Positions 26,155-32,000 of a stretch of 32,000 bases of DNA are shown piece after piece. Each line of letters starts with the position of its first letter. Within the stretch, counting starts at the first letter, position 1. Source of the DNA: Halomicrobium mukohataei DSM 12286 (GTDB lineage Archaea; Halobacteriota; Halobacteria; Halobacteriales; Haloarculaceae); assembly GCF_000023965.1 (NCBI RefSeq), contig NC_013202.1, positions 2,640,001 through 2,672,000 of the forward strand, in the 5' to 3' direction. Position numbers and translations under genes: made by a program. A model generated the notes under the pieces. That model was not told the origin of the DNA. It did no database searches and saw nothing but the letters and a program-made list of their open reading frames with translations.

Positions 26155-26206
26155 CCCACGGTCAAGGCACCGGTCGAACTGCTGCTAAGCCGCTGAATAC
26201 GCTTAT

Positions 26207-28075
26207 CTACGCCCGTTTCTGGATCTCTTCTCGCAGCACGTCACTGACAACGTCGCCGTCGGCTTTCCCGCGGAGTTCCCCCATGCACTCGCCCATCAGC
26301 GCCGAGAACGCGCCCATGCCCTCCTCGGCCACCTGCTCGGCGTGGCGCTCGACGACCGTCGAGACGGCCGCTCGGACCTCGTCCTCGCCGGCACTGCCCA
26401 GCCCGGCGGCCTCGGCGGCCTCGGCAGCGTCCATACCGGGCTCCTCGGCCAGAGCCGTCAGCAGTTCCGGCACGCCCTCTTTGGCCAGTTCGCCGTCGGC
26501 GACCAGCTCCAGCGTCGCACGGAAGTGGTCGTCGGTGAGATGTGCGACGGGTACGTCGTCCCGGCGCAGTTCCGTCACCGTCGACTCCAGGGTCTGTGCG
26601 GCCAGCGTCGCGTCCGCGCCCCGGTCGACGGCGTCCTCGAACAGCCGCCATCGCTGGCCGTACGCGACCTGCTCGGCGAGGCCGGCGTCGAGGCCGAACT
26701 CGGACTGGTAGCGGTCGACCTTCTCGGTCAGCAGTTCCGGCGTCTCGACCTCGCTCTCGTCGGGCGTCACCGGCGGCACGTCCGTCTCGGGGTACATCCG
26801 CGCCGCGCCCGGCAGCGGACGGAGGTACCGAGACGTGGCGTCGTCGTTGGCGTCCCGGGTCTCCTCGGGCACCCGGTCGAGCGCGGTCTCGGCCCGCTCT
26901 GCGGCGGCCTCGATCGCCAGCTCGGCGGTCTCTGGGTCGTCCGCGACGATGACGACGGCGTCCTCGGGGCCAGCATCGACAGCTTCCCGCAGCGCAGCGA
27001 CCTCGTCCTCGGTCACGCCGTAGGCCGGCAGTTCGTCCGTGTGGAAGATGCCGCCGGCACCGTGACGCTTGGCGTGGTCGGACAGTTCCGTTCCGAGGCG
27101 GCGATCCGGCTGGATCTCGCGGCCGACGAGGCCGTCGAAGCCCGAGAGCCGGACGGCCTGCACGACACCGCCCGAATCGAGCGCGCCGCGGATCACACCG
27201 GAGTCCGTGTCCTCGAAGACCGCCGTCACGTCCTGTGGGTCGCCCACGCTGGCGTCGCGGTCGTTCAGTTCCGCCCTGATATCGAGCAGTTCGACCTGCC
27301 GGCGAACCTCGTTACGGACGAGGTCGTCGATGTCGTCGAGGCTCTGGACGCCCTTCAGTTCGATCCGTGCGCCGTCGGCGATGGAGACGTTCACGTCCTG
27401 GCGGATCGTCCCGAGTCCGCGCTTGACGTGGCCCGTCGAGCGCAGCAACATCCCGATGCGCTCGGCGGCCTCGCGGGCCTGGGCCGGCGAGCGGATGTCG
27501 GGCTTGGTCCCGATCTCGACCAGCGGGATTCCCAGCCGATCCAGCGAGAACCGGACGCCAGCGTCGGTCTCCTCGACGCGCTGGGCCGACTCCTCTTCGA
27601 GCAGCATGTCCTCGATCCCGACCGACCCCTCGCTGGTCGAGATCTCGCCGTCGTTGGCGACCAGCATCGAGCGCTGGAACCCCGAGGTGTTCGAGCCGTC
27701 GATGACGATCTTGCGCATCACGTGGACCTGATCCGCGACGTTCATGTCCAGTAGCTGGGCGATCTCCAGGGCCACGTCCATCGCCTCGCGGTCGACGCGG
27801 TGTGGCGGCTCGTCGTCTTCCTCGACGAGACAGGTCGTGTCGTAGGCCAGATACTCGAACTCGCGGTCGACCATGCTCTCTTCGAGCGCGGCGTCGTCGA
27901 TCTCGCCGAGTTCGCTCTTGGTCGGGTGGAGATAGCGGGTCAGCGATCGCGTCGACTCCTCGGGTTCCCGGATTCGGGTCGGACACTGACAGAACAGTTT
28001 CGTCGCCGTGTCGAGTTGCTGATGGATCTCCAGACCGGCCACCAGTCCGAGCTCCTCGTAGTCGTACTCAGTCAT
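26207..28075 (-). CDS. gatE: Glutamyl-tRNA(Gln) amidotransferase subunit E
   Basis: Track ORF 26207..28498 trimmed to ATG 28075: MTEYDYEELGLVAGLEIHQQLDTATKLFCQCPT... It is 622 aa with the archaeal GatE architecture, including the C-terminal GatB/YqeY-like tail. Confidence 0.9.
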   Translation of the reverse strand: MTEYDYEELGLVAGLEIHQQLDTATKLFCQCPTRIREPEESTRSLTRYLHPTKSELGEIDDAALEESMVDREFEYLAYDTTCLVEEDDEPPHRVDREAMDVALEIAQLLDMNVADQVHVMRKIVIDGSNTSGFQRSMLVANDGEISTSEGSVGIEDMLLEEESAQRVEETDAGVRFSLDRLGIPLVEIGTKPDIRSPAQAREAAERIGMLLRSTGHVKRGLGTIRQDVNVSIADGARIELKGVQSLDDIDDLVRNEVRRQVELLDIRAELNDRDASVGDPQDVTAVFEDTDSGVIRGALDSGGVVQAVRLSGFDGLVGREIQPDRRLGTELSDHAKRHGAGGIFHTDELPAYGVTEDEVAALREAVDAGPEDAVVIVADDPETAELAIEAAAERAETALDRVPEETRDANDDATSRYLRPLPGAARMYPETDVPPVTPDESEVETPELLTEKVDRYQSEFGLDAGLAEQVAYGQRWRLFEDAVDRGADATLAAQTLESTVTELRRDDVPVAHLTDDHFRATLELVADGELAKEGVPELLTALAEEPGMDAAEAAEAAGLGSAGEDEVRAAVSTVVERHAEQVAEEGMGAFSALMGECMGELRGKADGDVVSDVLREEIQKRA

Positions 28076-28190
28076 TAGTGGGCGGTCCGAGCCCCACCCG
28101 CAAAAAACGCACCGTTGTCGGCCGGTCCGGCACCGAGCGGCCGCCGGGTGGCTGGGTGTCACTTTTGACCGTCGAGTCCGTGATACGGGT

Positions 28191-28985
28191 ATGGACCGCA
28201 GGCTCGTCGCCGTTCTCACGACGGTACTCCTGGCGGGCTGTGGCGGCATGGCGACCTCCGACGGCGGCACCGAGACGCTCACCCCGGCCCCGGTTCCGGA
28301 GCCGGCCGACGCGACGACAGAGACGGGGGCACTCCCGCCGGGCGTCACCGGGAACGGCGTCGCGAACGTCGACCGGCTCACCGCCGCACATCGGCGCGCG
28401 ACGGCCGACCAGTCGTACACCCTCACGACGGAGCGGTCGACGAGCCGCCAGAGGGCCAACGAGACCCTCGACACGCGACAGGTCGTCCAGGTAGCCAACG
28501 AGTCGACGTACGCCTACTGGACGAACGAGCGCGTCGTCTGGGACGAGAGCCGGGCTCGCTACTTCGACAACTACTCCGAGTTTCAGGGCCCCGACGGCCG
28601 GTACGTCCGCTACACCGAACTGGACGGCGAGACCCGACAGCGCCAACTCGGCTCGACGGCCCCGCGTCCCGAACTCGACAGGGAGGCGACGGTCGCCATC
28701 GAGCGGTTCCTGACCATCGACAACGCGACCGTCAGCGTCCTGCGAGACGACGGCCAGCGCCACTACGAACTACGGGGCGAGCAGCGAACCTTCGTCACCG
28801 AGCGCCCGATCCGGAACGTCTCGGTCAGCGCGGTGATCAGACACGACGGGCTCGTGCGGTCGCTCTCGGTGCGCTACTGGCGGGGCGACAGCGACTGGGG
28901 CGAGTTCGTTCGCTACTCGTTCGCGTACGAGCGGCTCGGGACGACGACCGTCGAGAAACCGTCGTGGGTCCGGACGAGCGACTGA
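28191..28985 (+). CDS. Secreted lipoprotein, function unknown
   Basis: MDRRLVAVLTTVLLAGCGG has a signal peptide with lipobox (LAGC), followed by a Thr/Pro-rich linker. It is 264 aa. ACTTTTGA box about 26 nt upstream. Confidence 0.7.
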   Translation: MDRRLVAVLTTVLLAGCGGMATSDGGTETLTPAPVPEPADATTETGALPPGVTGNGVANVDRLTAAHRRATADQSYTLTTERSTSRQRANETLDTRQVVQVANESTYAYWTNERVVWDESRARYFDNYSEFQGPDGRYVRYTELDGETRQRQLGSTAPRPELDREATVAIERFLTIDNATVSVLRDDGQRHYELRGEQRTFVTERPIRNVSVSAVIRHDGLVRSLSVRYWRGDSDWGEFVRYSFAYERLGTTTVEKPSWVRTSD

Positions 28986-29068
28986 TACGGACGGTTGTAG
29001 GCGTTTACCCAGTCGACCGCACGACGGCGTGCGGTCGATCTGGTAAAGACCTACAACTTTCCGTATGA
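28983..29068 (+). mobile_element. Family A MITE-like element, copy A3, with TGA/TGA flanking duplication
   Basis: Core 28986-29065 is identical to A1. TGA at 28983-28985 is the lipoprotein stop codon. TGA at 29066-29068 abuts repeat B3. Confidence 0.75.
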
Positions 29069-29147
29069 TACCGCCAGCCGTACCTTCGTGCGGGTATTCG
29101 CCACCCCGGGGTGGCAACGTTCGTCACGGCCGTCCAGCGGGCAGTAC
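29068..29147 (+). repeat. Family B nested-hairpin repeat, copy B3 (diverged)
   Basis: ATACCGCCAGCCGTACCTTCGTGCGGGTATTCGCCACCCCGGGGTGGCAACGTTCGTCACGGCCGTCCAGCGGGCAGTA aligns with B2 along its length. Inner stem is GCCACC/GGTGGC (29100-29105 / 29110-29115). Outer arms pair at 8 of 10 positions. Confidence 0.6.
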
Positions 29148-29180
29148 GAACCGCCAATCGGGGGACGAAGGCCCGCCTCG

Positions 29181-30587
29181 CTAGTCGTCCCCGAGAATCA
29201 CGCGCTCGGTCATCTTTGCCGGATCGAGCACGTCGTCGGCCTCGGCCTCGCTGAGGTACCCCTCTTCGACGACGACTTCCTTGACGGTCTTGCCTTCCGC
29301 GAGGGCCTGCTTGGCGACCTTGCTGGCCTTGTCGTAGCCGATCGCCGGGTTGAGCGCCGTCGCCAGCGCCATCGACTGCTGGACGCGTTCGGCGCAGTGC
29401 TCCCGGTCGGCTTCGAGTTTCGCGACGAACTTCTCGGCGAAGACCTCGCTGCCGTTGGCGATGAGACGCGCCGACTGGAGGAAGTTGTTGGCCAGGACCG
29501 GCTTGTAGAGGTTGAGGTCGATCTGTCCCTCGGCAGCGCCGGCAGAGACGGCGGCGTCGTTGCCGACGACCTGCTTGTGGACCTGGTTGACGGCCTCGGC
29601 GACGACGGGGTTGATTTTGCCGGGCATGATCGAAGAGCCGGGCTGGTTCTCCGGCTGGTCGACCTCGCCGAGACCGTTGCGCGGGCCGGAGGCGAGCAGG
29701 CGGAGGTCGTTGGCGATCTTGTTGAGGCTGCCGGCGACGGTCCGGAGCGCGCCGTGGGCCTCGCTCATGGCGTCGTGGGCGGCCTGGGCCTCGAAGTGGT
29801 TGTCGGCCTCTCGGAAGTCGATCCCCGTCTCCTCGCTGATGTACTCGGCGGCTCTGGCGGGGAACTCGGGATGGGTGTTCAGGCCGGTGCCGACGGCAGT
29901 GCCGCCAAGCGCCAGCTCCGAGAGGTGATCGCGCGTGTGTTTGACGCGGGTGATGCCCTTCTCGACCTGGGCGCGATAGCCAGAGAACTCCTGGCCCAGC
30001 GTGATCGGCGTCGCGTCCTGGAGGTGGGTGCGGCCGGTCTTGACCACGTCGTCGAACGCCGACTCTTTGTCCGCCAGCGCGTCACGCAGCGTCGACAGCG
30101 CGGGCAGCACGTCCTTCTCGACGGCCTCCAGTGCGGCGACGTGCATCGCCGTCGGGATCACGTCGTTGCTCGACTGGCCGTAGTTGACGTGGTCGTTGGG
30201 GTGGATCGCCCGCGTCCCGATCTCGCCGCCCGAGAGCTCGGTCGCCCGGTTGGCGATGACCTCGTTGGCGTTCATGTTCGAGGACGTTCCCGATCCCGTC
30301 TGGAACACGTCGACTGGGAACTGGTCGTCGTGCTCTCCGGCGATCACTTCGTCGGCGGCCTCGACGATGTACGCCGCCGTCTCGCTCTCGACTGTGCCCA
30401 GATCTTCGTTGGCCTGCGCGGCGGCCTTCTTGACGATGCCCAGCGCTCGGACGAAGCGTCGGCCGAAGGTCTCCTCCGAGATCGGGAAGTTCTCGACCGC
30501 GCGCTGGGTCTGTGCGCCCCAGTACGCGTCGGCCGGCACCTGCATCTCTCCGAGGCTGTCGCGTTCGGTCCGGAACTCGTCGCTCAT
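29181..30587 (-). CDS. fumC: Fumarate hydratase, class II
   Basis: Track ORF 29181..30782 trimmed to Met66 (MSDEFRTERDSLGEMQVPADAYWGAQTQRA). It carries the signature GSSIMPGKINP and is 468 aa. TATA-like GTTTTAC about 30 nt upstream. Confidence 0.9.
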   Translation of the reverse strand: MSDEFRTERDSLGEMQVPADAYWGAQTQRAVENFPISEETFGRRFVRALGIVKKAAAQANEDLGTVESETAAYIVEAADEVIAGEHDDQFPVDVFQTGSGTSSNMNANEVIANRATELSGGEIGTRAIHPNDHVNYGQSSNDVIPTAMHVAALEAVEKDVLPALSTLRDALADKESAFDDVVKTGRTHLQDATPITLGQEFSGYRAQVEKGITRVKHTRDHLSELALGGTAVGTGLNTHPEFPARAAEYISEETGIDFREADNHFEAQAAHDAMSEAHGALRTVAGSLNKIANDLRLLASGPRNGLGEVDQPENQPGSSIMPGKINPVVAEAVNQVHKQVVGNDAAVSAGAAEGQIDLNLYKPVLANNFLQSARLIANGSEVFAEKFVAKLEADREHCAERVQQSMALATALNPAIGYDKASKVAKQALAEGKTVKEVVVEEGYLSEAEADDVLDPAKMTERVILGDD

Positions 30588-30684
30588 GACACACGGAACG
30601 TCGCCCCGGTCGGCGTAAAACCCACCGCTTTCACGCTCGCGCCAGCGGTTGCGGGGGCGTCGCCGCGACTCGAACCCGCCGGGG

Positions 30685-30689
30685 AAAAA
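30685..30689 (-). terminator. Oligo-T tract (T5 on the minus strand) just after the fen1 stop
   Basis: The minus strand reads TGA CCATCTTTTTCCCC, with the T5 beginning 6 nt after the stop. Confidence 0.45.
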
Positions 30690-30694
30690 GATGG

Positions 30695-31675
30695 TCAGGC
30701 CCAGTCGTCCAGTCCGGTCTGGACGACGCTGGCCTCGATGTGCTCGAAGGCGCGCGCGACCTCGCCTTCGTCGACCTCCCACTCGCCGGTGACGTACTCG
30801 CGGGCGGCGTCAAGGTCCGGGTTCACCGCCAGATCGAGGTCGTAGTCGTCCGTGACCGCCGGATCGAGGAACAGCTCTCGGATGCGGTCGCCGTGTTCGA
30901 CGTGGGCGTCGCGGGCGTCGAGCGCGCCCCAGAGGTCGCCGTGCTCTTTCACCAGCTTGATCGCGGTCTTCGGCCCGACACCGTCGATGCCGGGATTGAA
31001 GTCCGTCCCCATCAGGATCGCGGCGTCGACCAGTTGCTCCCAGGTGATGCCGTGGTGGTCCAGCGTCGCCTGGAAGTCCATCAGTTCGGGGTCGCCGCTG
31101 CTGGTGAGTTGGCGCAGCGTCAGCGGTGCGCCGAGCAGGAGCGCGTCGTAGTCTTCGGTCCCGACGTAGTCGACGACGTTCTGGCGTGCCATGTGGGCAG
31201 CCTGGGCCTCGCCCTCTGCGGGCGCGTCGACGACGGGCACGTCCAGCAGCCTCAGCACCTCGCGAGTCGTCGTGAGGATCGTGTCGGTCAGGCGCTGGGT
31301 CTGGGAGTCCAGCCGAGCGACAGCTTTCGAGTCCCCGCGCTCGCGGGCGGCTTCGAGTTTCTCCTCGCGGGCCTCGCGGGCCTCGCGGCGCTGCTCGACC
31401 TCGTCGTCTTTGAGTTCCGTGACGCCGCCGTCGAAGACGAAGACCGGCGTCAGGTCGTGTTCGAAGAACTTCGGGAGCCCCTGGACGACGCCGATCAGGT
31501 TCGCCACCTCCGTCCCGTCGCTGGTGGTGTACTTCTCGTCGCTGGTGAACCGAACCGTGGTCGTGAGATACCGGTAGAGCCAGTTGTGGGCGTCGACGGC
31601 GACGACGCTGTCACTCAGCTCCTCGAAGGGAACGTCTTCGAGCGACGCCAGCGATCGTAGGTCTGCGTTTCCCAT
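30695..31675 (-). CDS. fen1: Flap endonuclease 1
   Basis: [20 protein letters not shown]..., [40 protein letters not shown] (H3TH motif). It is 326 aa. Confidence 0.9.
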   Translation of the reverse strand: MGNADLRSLASLEDVPFEELSDSVVAVDAHNWLYRYLTTTVRFTSDEKYTTSDGTEVANLIGVVQGLPKFFEHDLTPVFVFDGGVTELKDDEVEQRREAREAREEKLEAARERGDSKAVARLDSQTQRLTDTILTTTREVLRLLDVPVVDAPAEGEAQAAHMARQNVVDYVGTEDYDALLLGAPLTLRQLTSSGDPELMDFQATLDHHGITWEQLVDAAILMGTDFNPGIDGVGPKTAIKLVKEHGDLWGALDARDAHVEHGDRIRELFLDPAVTDDYDLDLAVNPDLDAAREYVTGEWEVDEGEVARAFEHIEASVVQTGLDDWA

Positions 31676-31740
31676 CGCACCGACGTAAGTGCGAGCAGGG
31701 TTTGAATGGTGGTGGTCGGCGTCGTCGGTCCCACGCGGGA

Positions 31741-31748
31741 TTTATTAT
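31741..31748 (+). promoter_or_regulatory. TATA box (TTTATTAT) for the partial membrane-protein gene
   Basis: Centred about 27 nt upstream of ATG 31772. Confidence 0.45.
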
Positions 31749-31771
31749 CGTCCGGATCGGTAACGAATCGT

Positions 31772-32000
31772 ATGGCGACAGACACACTGCGTCGCTACCA
31801 GGATCCGGAGTACACCGGCACGAATCGGTGCGTGCCGTGTACGCTGGTCAACAGCGCCATCGGGATCCTGCTGAGTGGGGGTATCGGTGCGGCTGGGGCG
31901 ATCTGGGCGACGACGGCCGTCGGGGTCGCTGGCGCGGGCGTCGTCCTCCTGCTCTCGGCTGTGAGTATCTACTTCAAGGGATATCTCGTGCCGGGAACGC
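31772..32000 (+). CDS. Membrane protein, N-terminal fragment (continues beyond the window end)
   Basis: Not in the track because it is open-ended. My translation is MATDTLRRYQDPEYTGTNRCVPCTLVNSAIGILLSGGIGAAGAIWATTAVGVAGAGVVLLLSAVSIYFKGYLVPGT, with a CxxC followed by two hydrophobic helices. Confidence 0.55.
   Translation, partial: MATDTLRRYQDPEYTGTNRCVPCTLVNSAIGILLSGGIGAAGAIWATTAVGVAGAGVVLLLSAVSIYFKGYLVPGT

Noticed and set aside
28177-28188. TCCGTGATACGG upstream of the lipoprotein gene. It resembles a family A right end joined through TGA to a left end, as an excision footprint or solo junction would.
   Set aside because: Only about 5 nt match on each side and the terminal TA is missing. 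It overlaps the gene's promoter-to-start region. It is too short to distinguish from chance.
30667-30677. GACTCGAACCC, the reverse complement of a tRNA T-loop-like GGGTTCGAGTC, in the fumC/fen1 spacer.
   Set aside because: The flanking bases do not form a T-stem (GCGGG versus CGCGG), and no acceptor or anticodon arms are present.

Overview
High-GC (about 65-70% by eye) chromosomal segment with the hallmarks of a haloarchaeon (class Halobacteria): acidic proteins, an AglB oligosaccharyltransferase, type III RuBisCO, and mostly leaderless genes with TATA-like boxes 26-31 nt upstream of the start codon. I call about 30 protein genes. Many long Arg/Pro/Gly-rich ORFs in the supplied track are GC-driven shadow ORFs and were ignored. 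Several track ORFs were trimmed to internal starts. Two genes open at the window edges (aglB at the left, a membrane protein at the right) are not in the track and were translated by hand. Layout: (1) 1-10.5 kb is an N-glycosylation (Agl) island with aglB, one GT2, three GT4 glycosyltransferases, a Wzx-like flippase and a sulfatase-like enzyme. (2) 10.7-13 kb holds an MBL hydrolase, a beta-hydroxyacid dehydrogenase and a conserved hypothetical. (3) 13.2-18.8 kb is a nucleoside/pentose-bisphosphate type cluster (ribose-1,5-bisphosphate isomerase, PfkB kinase, APH-like kinase, type III RuBisCO), split by a ~0.9 kb low-GC (~50%) island carrying two orphan small ORFs. (4) 18.9-32 kb holds an SDR plus luciferase-like oxidoreductase operon, a zinc-finger micro-protein, mptE-folP, a SpoU/TrmJ-like methyltransferase, a KaiC-like/DICT fusion, gatE, a lipoprotein, fumC, fen1 and a partial membrane protein. 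I saw no rRNA, tRNA, CRISPR array, integrase or transposase. The most unusual signals are non-coding. Family A is an 80-bp near-perfect hairpin present three times (79-80/80 identical), each flanked by a 3-bp TGA/TCA duplication that in two cases is the stop codon of the neighbouring gene. Family B is a more diverged ~80-nt nested hairpin (4-5 copies) that sits directly after stop codons and keeps its stems despite changed sequence. One A copy is inserted exactly at the stop-codon/B junction.
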